From contig OZ245439.1 of assembly GCA_965226875.1 (NCBI GenBank), positions 488,570-552,569 on the forward strand: DNA of 64,000 bases, read 5' to 3'. Positions 29,446-40,177 of the stretch are shown here, in pieces (position 1 is the first letter of the stretch; every line of letters begins with the position of its first letter). The notes beneath the pieces are model-generated. The model ran no database searches and was not told the origin of the DNA. It saw only the letters and a program-made list of their open reading frames with translations. The position numbers were made by a program, and so were the translations under genes. This DNA is from Dehalococcoidia bacterium (GTDB lineage: Bacteria > Chloroflexota > Dehalococcoidia > Lucifugimonadales > UBA3495).

Positions 29446-29503
29446 GGCTGTCGCAGCGCCTTTATGCTCCAGGACGTTGGCAATCTTCCTCGGTCTAGCG
29501 GGT

Positions 29504-30406
29504 CTACCGCACTCTCACGTACTTGGTTCCCAGGCCTTTGGTGGCATCCGTTGCTCCGCCGCTGACCAGGTAGATGTTCCCGTGGACATCGGGCCAAATC
29601 TGGTGGCTGCGCGGTGTCGTCCAACTGGCCAGCACGCTGCCGGCGCTGTCGCGCACAGTCAGCAGGTTCTCCGTTGCCTCGTTGCTCTCCCGCTCCGCGA
29701 GGTAAAACAGCCCGTCCTGCCCGATGTGCAGGTCGGTGGGGAGCTGCACGTTGGTCCACTGGGTGACGAACTCTCCACTGGGGTCGAAAATCTGGATGCG
29801 GTTGTTCTTGCGGTCACAGACGTAAATCAGGCCCTCGTTGTCTACCCAAAGGCAATGGGGCGAAAAGAACGCGCCTGGCCCGTCGCCGCCGGGCCGTCCC
29901 CAGGATGCGATGAATTGCCCGTCGGCGGCGAAGCGGTGCACCCGGCAGTTGCGGTAGCCGTCGGATGCGTACAAGTCCCCTGACGGCGAAGGCGAGAGCC
30001 TGGTGGGGCGGTTGAACGGGCCGCCCGCCCGCGGCACGACTCCCTCGTCCTCGAAGCATCCGGTATCCGAGGGTTGGCCCCTGTTGCCGACTTCCAGCAG
30101 GACCTCTCCGTTCACCGAGAGCTTCATCGCCACATGAGCGCCCCGGTCGGCAAGGTAGATCACGTCGTCGGGCCCTATGTACATCGTATGAGGCTCCACG
30201 ACGTAGCCGGTCCCCCAGGAGTCCAGGAAGTTTCCGTTCCGGTCGAACACCAGCACCGGTGGGTCCTGTTGCTGCTGGCAGAGATAGACCCGGTCCTGCG
30301 AGTCCGCCACCACGCCGGTTACGACGCCCGCAGCCATACCGTCGGGCAAGCGGCCCCAGCTTTCGTCAACGTCAAACCTGAAATCGCCAGCTTCGATCAA
30401 AGCCAT
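29504..30406 (-). CDS. NHL-repeat protein (peptidylglycine lyase-like)
   Basis: FNRPT, SDGYRNCRVHRF, PH..VCDRKNNRIQIF. Confidence 0.88.
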   Translation of the reverse strand: MALIEAGDFRFDVDESWGRLPDGMAAGVVTGVVADSQDRVYLCQQQQDPPVLVFDRNGNFLDSWGTGYVVEPHTMYIGPDDVIYLADRGAHVAMKLSVNGEVLLEVGNRGQPSDTGCFEDEGVVPRAGGPFNRPTRLSPSPSGDLYASDGYRNCRVHRFAADGQFIASWGRPGGDGPGAFFSPHCLWVDNEGLIYVCDRKNNRIQIFDPSGEFVTQWTNVQLPTDLHIGQDGLFYLAERESNEATENLLTVRDSAGSVLASWTTPRSHQIWPDVHGNIYLVSGGATDATKGLGTKYVRVR

Positions 30407-30412
30407 GGTGAA

Positions 30413-31174
30413 TCACCCCCTTCCGATGTAGGGCATCTTGGTAGCCATGATGGTCATGAACTGGACGTTGGTGTCGAGGGGCAGGTTGGAGATGTAGAGT
30501 ACCTGCTCGGCGACGTGGGCCACGTCGAAGCGCGGTTCCGGGATAACATAGCCGGTGGGCTGGAGGATGCCCCGCTCCATGGGCGCGGTCATGTCGGTGG
30601 CCGCGTTGCCGATGTCTATCTGGCTGCACGCGATGTTGTACTTGCGCCCATCCAGCGACGTGGCCTTGGTCAGCCCCATGACGCCGTGCTTGGTGGCGGT
30701 GTAGGGGGCGCTGTTGGGGCGCGGCACGTAGGCCGAGATGGAGCCGTTGTTGATGATGCGCCCTCCCATCGGGTCCTGGTCTTTCATAATTCTGATGGCT
30801 TCCTGGGTGCAGAGGAAGGTGCCGGTCAGGTTGGCGTTGACCACGGTCATCCACTGCTCGAAGGTCAGGTCCTCCATGTTGACCGGGGGCGAGGAGCTGC
30901 CCGCGTTGTTGAATAGCACGTCAAGTCGCCCCCCGAATGCCTCGCGGGTGCGGGCGAAGAGTTCGCCCACCGAGCCGGGGCTCCCAACGTCGGTGGGGAC
31001 GGCGATGGCCCGCTCCCTCGCTTCTTCGGCCTCCGCCAGCGACGCCTCCAGCGTTTCTATCCTGCGACCCGCCAGCGCCACCGAATAGCCGTCGCGCAGC
31101 AGGGCCAGGGCCGAGGCTCGTCCCACGCCGGAGCCTGCCCCGGTAACGATGGCAACCCGTCCCAGTGAATTCAT
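30413..31174 (-). CDS. SDR oxidoreductase
   Basis: [33 protein letters not shown]. Confidence 0.92.
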   Translation of the reverse strand: MNSLGRVAIVTGAGSGVGRASALALLRDGYSVALAGRRIETLEASLAEAEEARERAIAVPTDVGSPGSVGELFARTREAFGGRLDVLFNNAGSSSPPVNMEDLTFEQWMTVVNANLTGTFLCTQEAIRIMKDQDPMGGRIINNGSISAYVPRPNSAPYTATKHGVMGLTKATSLDGRKYNIACSQIDIGNAATDMTAPMERGILQPTGYVIPEPRFDVAHVAEQVLYISNLPLDTNVQFMTIMATKMPYIGRG

Positions 31175-31329
31175 CTTTTTCCCTCCTTGTTTAACCCGGC
31201 GTTTAACACCGCTTGCTTTGTGTGCCAGTTTAACCCCGCGAGGGCAGAATGTGGAATGTGAAAACCTGAAACTGTCGTCTGCGGCTGGAGCGGCTATACT
31301 TTGACCAATCAACCCCAGCGAGGTGTCTC

Positions 31330-32349
31330 ATGCGAGCGGCAGTGTACAAGGGCGAGCAGGTCTTGCAGGTCGAGGACATTCCCGACCCGACTCCCGGCCC
31401 CGGCCAGGTGGTGATGCGGGTGAAGTATTCGGCCATCTGCGGGACCGATGTCCACGCCTTCATGTATGACCTGGCCCAGCCGGGAACGGTGATGGGCCAC
31501 GAGTACACCGGAACCATCGTGGACGTGGGCGAAGGCGTTTCCCGCTGGAAGAGCGGCGACCGCGTGGTGGGCGGCGGTGGGCATCCTCCCGCCGGGGCGG
31601 GCCCCTCAACTCGGACGAATCCAAGATTCAACTACCGGACTATGGGCTTCCAGCACAACCCCCGCCCTCGCGGTTATGCCGAGTATGTGCTGCTGGACGA
31701 GTGGGAACCCACCCCGGTTCCGGACGAAGTGACCGACGAGCAGGCGGCGCTCTGCGAGCCGTGCGCCGTCACCGTCCATGCCGTGCGGCTGTCAGACATC
31801 AAGCTGGGCGACGCCGTTGTGGTGCTGGGCGCTGGGCCCATCGGCCTGCTGTGTATGCAGACGGCGCGGGTCGCCGGGGCGACCACGGTGATAGTGTCGG
31901 AGCCGGCCCCCGGACGAGCGGAAGCGGCCCGGCAGTTGGGCGCGGACGCCGTGTTGAATCCGCTGGAAGGCGACCTGGAAACCAAAGTCATGGAGCTTAC
32001 CGGCGGGGCCGGGCCGCAGGTGGTGTTCGAGTGCGCCGCCGCGCCATCCACCCTCGAACAGGCCCTCGACCTGTCGGCGCGGGGCGGGCAGGTGGTGATG
32101 CTGGCCATCGCCTGGGAGCCGACCCCGGTGCTACCTCCCAACTGGATGGCGCGGGAAGTGCGGATGCAGTCGTCCTTCGGCACCCTGCCGCAGGACTGGC
32201 GCATCGCGCTGGAGCTGATGCGCACCGGGCGGGTTTCGGTGGACCATATGCTGAACGCCACCAACTTCGTGCCGCTGGACGGAATCCAGGGAGCCTTCGA
32301 GTCCCTGTGCCGACCCTCCAGCGAACTTCAGATGGTGGTGGAACCGTAG
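31330..32349 (+). CDS. Zinc-binding (MDR) dehydrogenase
   Basis: ICGTD, GHE, GAGPIG. Confidence 0.9.
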   Translation: MRAAVYKGEQVLQVEDIPDPTPGPGQVVMRVKYSAICGTDVHAFMYDLAQPGTVMGHEYTGTIVDVGEGVSRWKSGDRVVGGGGHPPAGAGPSTRTNPRFNYRTMGFQHNPRPRGYAEYVLLDEWEPTPVPDEVTDEQAALCEPCAVTVHAVRLSDIKLGDAVVVLGAGPIGLLCMQTARVAGATTVIVSEPAPGRAEAARQLGADAVLNPLEGDLETKVMELTGGAGPQVVFECAAAPSTLEQALDLSARGGQVVMLAIAWEPTPVLPPNWMAREVRMQSSFGTLPQDWRIALELMRTGRVSVDHMLNATNFVPLDGIQGAFESLCRPSSELQMVVEP

Positions 32350-32416
32350 GGCCGCGAAGGGCGCAGTTGCAGGAGGAAACGGAGGCCGGGTGGGGAGAGG
32401 TCGCAAGGCAAAAATA

Positions 32417-32491
<75 letters not shown>

Positions 32492-32766
32492 TCGCATCGC
32501 CATTGGAAAGTCAAGACTTTCCGTGCAGCTTGAGATTATTATAGCAGATGCTCTCCGGTGTTTGTATACACCCCGAAGCCGCGACAGGGTGCTTGATACT
32601 CCCTCTCCCGGGGGGAGAGGGAACAATCGGAAAACTCCGGTGCCATGCAATTCCGGTGCAGCAGGTTGCTCCCCCCGGAGACAGCGCGAGATTCTTCTGA
32701 AAGGCCGACAGCCCGGAGCCGAGCGCTGGATGACGGGCAAGAGGGCGACAGGGATGGAAGGCACAT

Positions 32767-35700
32767 ATGAACTGCCGTAGCTGCGGTCGTGCGGCAACGG
32801 CCAGCGACCGCTTTTGTCCCTGGTGCGGCGCGCCTGCTCCCCTTTCGGATGAAACGGACATTTCGCCGTCTGCGGAAGATACCGGCGGGCCCGAATATGG
32901 GCCATCCGACCCGGCGGATGAGGAGTTGCGGCAACTCCGTGCCGCCGTGACCTCCATGACCAACGAACTGGCCCGCTTGTCGCTGCGGCTGTCAGTGCTG
33001 GAAGGAGAACGCGGCTCCTCCGGCGCACCGCAGCAGGCGCGACCATCCGCTCCGCCATCGCCACCAGCGGCAGCGGCTCCTTCCGCTCCACGGCGGCCCT
33101 CGCCTGAGCCGGAGAGCGTACCCGCTCCGTCTTCCTCCGCGGCTGCGACTCCGGCCATCCCGTCCCAGGTCGGACAGGCTGACGCCGCCTTGGGACGGGC
33201 GGGCGCACGAACCGGCCAGTACTCGCCTTCTGAGGCAACGACGTCTCCCGCGGGTGGTGGAATCGGATTGCCCACTGGGCTATCTCTGCCATCGGTGGAC
33301 TTCTCCAACTGGAACTGGGAGTGGCTGCTGGGCGGCAACTGGCTGGCCCGCATCGGAATCGTGGCGCTGATATTCGGCGTGGCGTTCTTCATCAGCCTGG
33401 CCATCGACCGGGGCTGGCTGGGAGAGATTGAGCGGGTGGCGCTGGGTGTCGCCGGTGGGCTGGCCTTCCTCGGCGCGGGTGAATACTGGCGCAGGCGATA
33501 CGCCGTCTGGGCGCAGACGGTCACCGGCGGCGGGCTGGCAATCCTCTACCTGTCGGTGTACGGGGCATTCGCCCTGTACGAGCTGATTTCGCCTTGGGCC
33601 GCTTTCGGCTCCTTTTCCTTGATTACGCTGGCCGGGGCCGTGCTGTCGCTGCGCCATGAGTCGGTGGCCGTCGCCGGTCTCTCCATCTTCGGCGGATTCG
33701 CCACTCCCCTGTTACTTCAGGAACGGTTGCCCGACCAGCGGGCGCTGCTGGGGTACGTGCTGGTGCTGGACGTGGGAGTGCTGGCGCTGGCCAGCTTCCG
33801 CAACTGGCGCTGGTTCACCCTGCTGGCTTGGGTGGGGTCGCTGGTCCTCTTCGGGTTCTGGCAGCAGGAGCTGGAACCGTCGACAGCGTTGGCGCAGATT
33901 GGCATTACAGCCATATTCCTCATATTCGCCGGGGCGACCGTGGCTTTCCATGTGGCGCGGCAACAGGCGTCGGGAATAATCGACCTGGCCTTGATTACGC
34001 TGAACGCGGCGGCCTACTACGGCATCAGCTACTGGCTGATATACGATGAATACCGCCCCTGGATGGGCGGCTTCACCGCATCGCTGGGCGCCTTCTATGC
34101 CCTGCTGGCCGTCGGCTGCCGCTGGCGGGGAGAGGCGCAATTCAACCTGACGCTGTTTGCGGCGGGGCTGGCCGTGGTGTTCGCTGTCCTGGCCGTGCCG
34201 ATACAGTTGGGCGGGCCGTGGATCAGCGTGGCCTGGGGCGTCGAGGGCCTAATTCTGGTGTGGATGTCCTTCCCGCTTCGAATGCGCGAGCTGCGCTGGG
34301 CCGGCTATGCGATGTTTGTCGTATCGGCCGTGTGGTTGCTGGCCCTCGACACGCCGGGCGCGTTCGGCAGAGAGCTAACGCCCTTCTTCAACGAATACAT
34401 GATCAGTTACGGTTCGGCGGTCATCCTGCCTGCGCTGGCCGGCTACCTGCTGCACCTTCGCCGCAACGACCTGAACTCGCGGGAGCAGGTGGCCATTCCT
34501 GTGTTTGCCCTGCGGGCCGCCATCTTTGCCGCCGTAGTGGTTCCCATACAGGTTGACGGTGTCTGGATCCCCATCGGCTGGGCCGTGGAAGCGGCGCTGC
34601 TGCTTTGGCTGTCCTTCCCCCTCGGGATCCGGGAGCTGCGCTGGTTCGGCTACGTGATGTATGTCGTATGCGCGGCGTGGCTCATTTCGGTGGACTCCCC
34701 CAAAGCGTTCCGAAAGGAACTGACGCCCTTCCTGAACCTCAATATGCTGGGGTATTTGGCGGTAATCCTGTCCGGTATTCAGTCCGCCTGGCTGCTCTGG
34801 TACAAACGCGACAGGCTGGAAGGGTACGAGCAGGCGGCCTATCCGGTGTTCGCAGTGGCAGCGGCCGCCGCCGGTGCCGTAGCCGTCCCGATCCAGTTGG
34901 AGTGGCCATGGATAACCGTGGCGTGGGCTGTGGAGGCTCTGCTCCTGCTGTGGCTGTCCTTCGCGTTGCAAATTCGTGAGATACGCTGGTTCGGTTACCT
35001 CCTGTTCGCAGCCTCCGCCGCCTGGCTGCTGGGGTGGGACACGCCACGCGCGCTGGGGGAGGACTTTACCTTCTTCCTCAACTGGCACATGATGAATTTC
35101 GGTGTAGCCGTCAGCTCCTTCATCCTGGCCGGCTATCTTCTCTGGCGGCGCCGGGACTCCCTGGTACGTCAGGAACAGCAGAGCTATATCGCCTTTGCGC
35201 TGGCCGCCTGCGCCTGCGCCGCCGCCGCCGTTCCCGTGCAGGTGGATGGCGTCTGGATTGCTGTGGCGTGGGCGGCGGAAGCCGTGCTTCTGCTGGGTCT
35301 GTCGGAGAGGTTGGCAATCAGGGAAGTGCGCTGGATTGGCTACGGCCTGCTGGCCGCGATGCTGCTCCGGCTTCTGGCGTTGGACACCTTTGACGTGGAT
35401 TTGGAGACGTTCCGCCCGGCGTTGAACTGGCGGTTCCTGGCGTTTGCCGCAGGCATTGCGGCCCTGTACTCGGCGGGATGGCTGGCATTCCGCCGCCCCG
35501 AAGACTCGGCCAACCCCATAGAGGATACTGAAAGGCGGGCGGCCCTGCCGGCCCTGTTGGCGCTGGGCAATCTGGTTACGCTCTGGCTGCTCTCGGCGGA
35601 AGTCATCACATCGGCCAACAGCGACTTCCTCAATCTGCCGTTCGAGGCCAGGGAAGACGCAGCGAGCCTGGGGTTGAGCCTGCTGTGGGCCGTTTACGCC

Positions 35701-35925
35701 GCCGCGCTGATCGTGCTGGGCGTGATCCGAGGGTGGCGGTGGGTGCGGCTGGCGGGACTGGCGGTGCTGGCGGTGCCGGTAGTCAAGCTCTTTGCCTTCG
35801 ACTCTCTATCGCTGGAGCAGGAGTACCGGGTGATAGCCTTCCTGGCGCTGGGGCTGATCTTGGTGGCGGGCGGTCTGCTCTACCAGCGATACAGCCGCGT
35901 AGTCCGGGGGTTTCTCTTCGAGTAG
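32767..35925 (+). CDS. DUF2339 family large membrane protein with N-terminal zinc ribbon
   Basis: CxxC..CxxC at start; 'EWLLGGNWLARIG', 'GGFATP'; many TM helices. Confidence 0.85.
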   Translation: MNCRSCGRAATASDRFCPWCGAPAPLSDETDISPSAEDTGGPEYGPSDPADEELRQLRAAVTSMTNELARLSLRLSVLEGERGSSGAPQQARPSAPPSPPAAAAPSAPRRPSPEPESVPAPSSSAAATPAIPSQVGQADAALGRAGARTGQYSPSEATTSPAGGGIGLPTGLSLPSVDFSNWNWEWLLGGNWLARIGIVALIFGVAFFISLAIDRGWLGEIERVALGVAGGLAFLGAGEYWRRRYAVWAQTVTGGGLAILYLSVYGAFALYELISPWAAFGSFSLITLAGAVLSLRHESVAVAGLSIFGGFATPLLLQERLPDQRALLGYVLVLDVGVLALASFRNWRWFTLLAWVGSLVLFGFWQQELEPSTALAQIGITAIFLIFAGATVAFHVARQQASGIIDLALITLNAAAYYGISYWLIYDEYRPWMGGFTASLGAFYALLAVGCRWRGEAQFNLTLFAAGLAVVFAVLAVPIQLGGPWISVAWGVEGLILVWMSFPLRMRELRWAGYAMFVVSAVWLLALDTPGAFGRELTPFFNEYMISYGSAVILPALAGYLLHLRRNDLNSREQVAIPVFALRAAIFAAVVVPIQVDGVWIPIGWAVEAALLLWLSFPLGIRELRWFGYVMYVVCAAWLISVDSPKAFRKELTPFLNLNMLGYLAVILSGIQSAWLLWYKRDRLEGYEQAAYPVFAVAAAAAGAVAVPIQLEWPWITVAWAVEALLLLWLSFALQIREIRWFGYLLFAASAAWLLGWDTPRALGEDFTFFLNWHMMNFGVAVSSFILAGYLLWRRRDSLVRQEQQSYIAFALAACACAAAAVPVQVDGVWIAVAWAAEAVLLLGLSERLAIREVRWIGYGLLAAMLLRLLALDTFDVDLETFRPALNWRFLAFAAGIAALYSAGWLAFRRPEDSANPIEDTERRAALPALLALGNLVTLWLLSAEVITSANSDFLNLPFEAREDAASLGLSLLWAVYAAALIVLGVIRGWRWVRLAGLAVLAVPVVKLFAFDSLSLEQEYRVIAFLALGLILVAGGLLYQRYSRVVRGFLFE

Positions 35926-36052
35926 GATTCAGGTCGAGCAGGATGCAGCCGCGAATAGCGGGGCGGCTTCTCCCCAAAACCCACGGGGCGCACAGCCGTG
36001 TGCCCCTCTTCACGCATTCACGACGCATTCACGCGGTGAGCTTGGCCTGTCT

Positions 36053-37126
36053 CTATCCTGTAAAGCGGCTGGTCACCGGCTGATGGCCTGCGTTTTCCGT
36101 GTACGGCTCTTCCCGATAGAGGGCCAGGTCCTTCATCACGGGGATGTCTTGGATGGAGAACAGCACGGCCTCCCTGACCGAGTCGTTGGCGTGCTCGTGC
36201 CAGGCCCACGGCGGCACCACGAAGAAGTCGCCTTCGCTCCAGTCGAACCGCTGGCCGTCGATGACGCTGTATCCCTCGCCCTGGTACACCTGGTAGACGG
36301 CGCAACTGGTCTGGCGGTGCGCCTGGGTGCGGATGCCGGACCGGATGAGCTGGGCCCAGCAGGTCATGGAACGCAGCACCGGCCCGCCGGTCACCGGGTT
36401 GCTGAACTCCATCGCCACATCGTCGAAGGGGCTGGCGTCAACCTCCGCCAGGCGTTGCAGGGCCTCGTAGGTCTTGTCCCACTTGTAGTGCCACAACGGA
36501 GAGTAGGGCGCGCTGGGACTCTCCCACGCCGGACGCAGGGTGCCGGAGGCGAACTTCCTCTCCGACTCGGCCACGCCGACGATGGGCTGCTGGTCTTCGG
36601 GATAGGCCTCGTAGAAGTTGGCCCTGAGATAGCGCACCAGGGGAACGTCCAAGCCGTCCAGCCAGATCATCGGCTCTGAACCCTCGTTGTTGTGGTCGTG
36701 CCAGGTCCAGGACGGGGTGAGAATCAGGTCGCCGGGCTCCATGTAGCACTTGTCGCCCTCGACAGTGGTGTAGGCGCCCTGGCCCTTCAGCACCCACCGG
36801 ATGGCCGTGGGGGTGTGGCGATGGGCGGGGGCGTTCTCGCCGGGAAGCAGAAGTTGGAGGGCCGCGGTAATGGTGTGGGTGGTGCCCCGGTCTATCCCCG
36901 GAGTGGCCAGGCGCAGGGTGCGCCGCTCCACGTCCCGGTCGGGGGTCACCAGCTCGCCGCTCTTCAGCACCAGCGGCTCCACCTGCGACCAGCGCCACAA
37001 GAAAGGTTCTATTTCGGGCATGGGTTGACCCTCTCCCTGCATCCAGCCGGGCTTGATGCGGATGCGGTCGGCGGCGTCGTAATACTCCTGGGCCTCTTCC
37101 ACGCTGACCTGTTCCGGTACTGCCAT
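36053..37126 (-). CDS. Gentisate 1,2-dioxygenase-like bicupin
   Basis: LQLLLPGE.APAHRH, TPSWTWHDH, WLDGLDVP, VPPWAWHEH. Confidence 0.88.
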   Translation of the reverse strand: MAVPEQVSVEEAQEYYDAADRIRIKPGWMQGEGQPMPEIEPFLWRWSQVEPLVLKSGELVTPDRDVERRTLRLATPGIDRGTTHTITAALQLLLPGENAPAHRHTPTAIRWVLKGQGAYTTVEGDKCYMEPGDLILTPSWTWHDHNNEGSEPMIWLDGLDVPLVRYLRANFYEAYPEDQQPIVGVAESERKFASGTLRPAWESPSAPYSPLWHYKWDKTYEALQRLAEVDASPFDDVAMEFSNPVTGGPVLRSMTCWAQLIRSGIRTQAHRQTSCAVYQVYQGEGYSVIDGQRFDWSEGDFFVVPPWAWHEHANDSVREAVLFSIQDIPVMKDLALYREEPYTENAGHQPVTSRFTG

Positions 37127-37297
37127 CGGACTGCCTCCTCGGTGAGATTGGGTTCAGGGATTCAGTAGATTGCCCTCTGCTACTGTTGCGGGTGAGGCAT
37201 TGTTATCGCCAGGGACTGCGAGGGAATTTTAGCCTTTTCCCGCTGGAAAACACGCTCAAGGCAGTATAGCGTCAGGCGGCGCTGGCCGCCCGGCGGC

Positions 37298-38287
37298 TCA
37301 CAGCCACAGGCGGTAGACGCCGTCGGCCATCATCGCGCCGAACAGCAGGGCCAGGTAGAGCAGGGAGTAGAGGTACAGGTTGCGGGCCTTCTGCCGGCTC
37401 TGCACTCGCAGCAGCCGCCAGGCTCCCCAGATGAAGGCTGCGCCCAGACCAACCGCCGAGAACAGGTAAATGGCGCCCACCGTTCTGGTGGCGGCGAACA
37501 CCAGGGTCAGGGCCACCAGCACCAGGGAGTAGGCGAAGATGTTGCCCACCGTCTTCTCCAGCCCGGCCACCACCGGCAGCATCGGCACCCCAGCGCGCTC
37601 ATAGTCCTGCTGTATCAGCAGCGACAGCGCCCAGAAATGGGGTGGCGTCCAGAAGAAGACGATGGCGAACATATAGAGCGCGGGCAGGTCGAAGCTCCCG
37701 GTCACCGCCACCCAACCCACCACGGGCGGGATGCTGCCCGCCGCGCCGCCGATGACGATGTTCTGCGGCGTGGTGCGCTTGAGCCAGCCGGTGTATACCA
37801 GCACGTAGAACAGCGTCGCCGCCAGAGTCAGCACCGCCGCCAACAGATTCACCCCGTAGAACAGCACGGCGAAGGCGGCCACGTTCAACGCGATGCCGAA
37901 GGCCAGCGCCATCAGCGGGCGAATCCGGCGCCCCGGCACCGGACGCTGCGCCGTCCGGGACATCAGCGCGTCGATGTCCTGGTCAAGGTAGTGGTTAATG
38001 GCGTTGGCGCCCCCGGCCCCCAGGGCGCCGCCCACACAGACCAGCAGCAATGTCAGCAGATCGGGAACTCCCGATCCTCCGACGTGCCTGGAAGCCAGGA
38101 ACATCCCGCCGATGGCGGTCACCAGCAGCAGCGAGATGATGGGCGGCTTGGTCAGGGCCAGGTAGTCGGCCAGAAGCCCCGTAAGCCCGCTCCGCTCCCG
38201 TCGCCGGGTTTGGGGGTGGGAATCTGCGGCGGCATCCGTGGCGGGGTTTTCCGTTTCTATCTCTATATGTCCGGCTTGGTCAGCCAT
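37298..38287 (-). CDS. ctaB: Heme o synthase (protoheme IX farnesyltransferase)
   Basis: LTKP, NHYLDQDID.LMSRT..RP, LKR.TPQNIVIGG, WTPPHFWAL. Confidence 0.95.
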   Translation of the reverse strand: MADQAGHIEIETENPATDAAADSHPQTRRRERSGLTGLLADYLALTKPPIISLLLVTAIGGMFLASRHVGGSGVPDLLTLLLVCVGGALGAGGANAINHYLDQDIDALMSRTAQRPVPGRRIRPLMALAFGIALNVAAFAVLFYGVNLLAAVLTLAATLFYVLVYTGWLKRTTPQNIVIGGAAGSIPPVVGWVAVTGSFDLPALYMFAIVFFWTPPHFWALSLLIQQDYERAGVPMLPVVAGLEKTVGNIFAYSLVLVALTLVFAATRTVGAIYLFSAVGLGAAFIWGAWRLLRVQSRQKARNLYLYSLLYLALLFGAMMADGVYRLWL

Positions 38288-38288
38288 T

Positions 38289-39314
38289 TCATCCTGAGCC
38301 AGTGGAAGGACTCGATTCGCGGGAGTAGCTCAGCGTGGCCAGCGCGGCGGCGCAAGCCCAGACCCCGGAGGCCAGCGCCAGGTGCAGCGCCCGCAACTCC
38401 ACGTCGCGGCCGAACCCGGCCCAGATTACCCCGGCCCCGGCCAGAACCTGCGCGGCGAACAGCGCCAGCGCCGCCACAGACAGCAATCGTACCACGGGCG
38501 GCTGCCGCTGTCCTGAGCCAGTGGAAGGGCGCCGGAACCCCAGATGCAGGGCATATATCACCAGAAGCCCGGCGATCAGGGCCACGTAGCGATGCGCCAT
38601 GTGAATCATCGCCAGCTTACCGCCGGGGAACACGCCGCCCCATTCGTTGCTACAGAGCGGCCACGACGGGCAGGCCCAGGTGGCCGAGGAGGTGTTGGTC
38701 AGGTAGGAACCCGACAGCAGCAGCAGAAACAGCGCTCCCGCCGCCGCCAGAGACAGCGGCGGAAAGAGCCGAGCCTTGCCCACAGCCCACGGCGGCGATT
38801 CTGACTGCATCCCGCCACGGTAGGACATGACCAGGATCAGCACACAACAGGCCAGCGTCAATTCGCCCACGGCCAGGTGCGTTATCACGGTATGGGCCGA
38901 AAGCTCGGTCGCCACGGTCAACGCGCCCAGCAGGGCCTGCACGATGACCAGGACCAGGGCGGCAAGGGACGGCCAGAATATCCACGGCTCCCCTCGGTAG
39001 CGCACCCAAGCCCCGACAAACGTCGCGGCAACCAGCGGCCCCACCAGGAACGAGGCCGCGACTCGGTGGGCGTACTCGATGATGGACTTTGTTTCCAGTG
39101 GCGGCAGCCATTGGCCGGAACACAGCGGCCAGTCGTCGCCGCAGCCCAGGCCCGACTCGGTGACCCGCACCACGCCGCCGAGGATCAGCATGGCGAAGAC
39201 CGATGCCACCGTGGCCCAGGCCAGCCGCCGAAACCAGCCTTCCGCGCCGACGCTGCCCGCCCGGAACCGCCTGCCCACGGCTACCGCCACGAGAGTCCCC
39301 CATATATGAACCAA
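38289..39314 (-). CDS. ctaA: Heme A synthase (COX15/CtaA); start uncertain
   Basis: GGVVRVTESGLGCGDDWPLC, EYAHR, CPSWPLC, HMAHR. Confidence 0.92.
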   Translation of the reverse strand: MVHIWGTLVAVAVGRRFRAGSVGAEGWFRRLAWATVASVFAMLILGGVVRVTESGLGCGDDWPLCSGQWLPPLETKSIIEYAHRVAASFLVGPLVAATFVGAWVRYRGEPWIFWPSLAALVLVIVQALLGALTVATELSAHTVITHLAVGELTLACCVLILVMSYRGGMQSESPPWAVGKARLFPPLSLAAAGALFLLLLSGSYLTNTSSATWACPSWPLCSNEWGGVFPGGKLAMIHMAHRYVALIAGLLVIYALHLGFRRPSTGSGQRQPPVVRLLSVAALALFAAQVLAGAGVIWAGFGRDVELRALHLALASGVWACAAALATLSYSRESSPSTGSG

Positions 39315-39739
39315 ATGGAAAGCAACTTTCCCCCAGGCAACAGACTGGGGTCAGGAAGGGAAGGCGAAGGCGGAAAGATACGGAGAAGGCCCATGGACAG
39401 CCGACGGCAGACGCTCCTGACCGGGGTTGAATGGCGCTCCGCCCGGCCTGTTCATGAAGGATGCAGTGGTAATCCGGCGGCGTCTCGTTTCGCTCCTGCA
39501 AAACGCCCGCGCACCAGTCAGCCAACGAAAAACGTACCATCGCCTGAGCCGGATTGTCAATCGGAGCGCGACGCGGCGATAGCGTTCCGAATTAGGTGGT
39601 CGAGACGGGTAGCCGACATTAACACCCACTACCCTTGGATTCCCGCTTTCGCGGTAATGACGGACCGTAAGCTGCCATATGGGGTGGCGCGATGCCACAG
39701 TCGGCCGAGAGCTTTCATGCCCTGGCGGGGGCGTCCCAG

Positions 39740-40073
39740 CGAGGGTGCGCTCGGCAACGCCGGTGTCTCGGGCGGCCTGGGCTAGGGACTGGGCGAGGGC
39801 AATCCTGGGGAGGGCGGCCTGCTGGCGGAAGGTGAGTTTGGAAATTTCGATTTCCCGGCCATTTCCGGTCATTTCGGGCCGTTGAATCTGACCGTCGGAG
39901 GCGGGTGTAGTGTCGGAGTTGGGTTTGGAAATTTCGATTTCCCGGCCATTGGCGGCCATTTCGGGCCATTGTATCTGACCGTCGGAGGTGGGTGTAGTGT
40001 CGGAGTTGGGTTTGGAATCGGGGTTGCGCTTGGGGAGCCTGGCGCAGGGAGTCTTCTTTTGGTTTTCAGGCAT
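39740..40073 (-). pseudogene. Truncated ORF: two 29-aa tandem repeats plus start of an HTH
   Basis: 87-bp period (39840/39927); 'LTFRQQAALPRIALAQSLAQAARDTGVAERTL' HTH-like segment, then non-protein-like sequence. Confidence 0.55.
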
Positions 40074-40148
40074 CAAACATCGCGTGGCCTCAGTGGCTTT
40101 GTGGTTTTGGCCCTGGTGATATGGGGAGCGGGGGGCCATGTGTTTATA

Positions 40149-40177
40149 ATAGTACACCTGTTCGATTAACTTGGCAA
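40149..40177 (-). promoter_or_regulatory. Sigma70-type promoter overlapped by a LexA-type SOS box
   Basis: TTGCCA-N17-TACTAT on the minus strand containing CGAAC-AGGT-GTAC. Confidence 0.6.
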
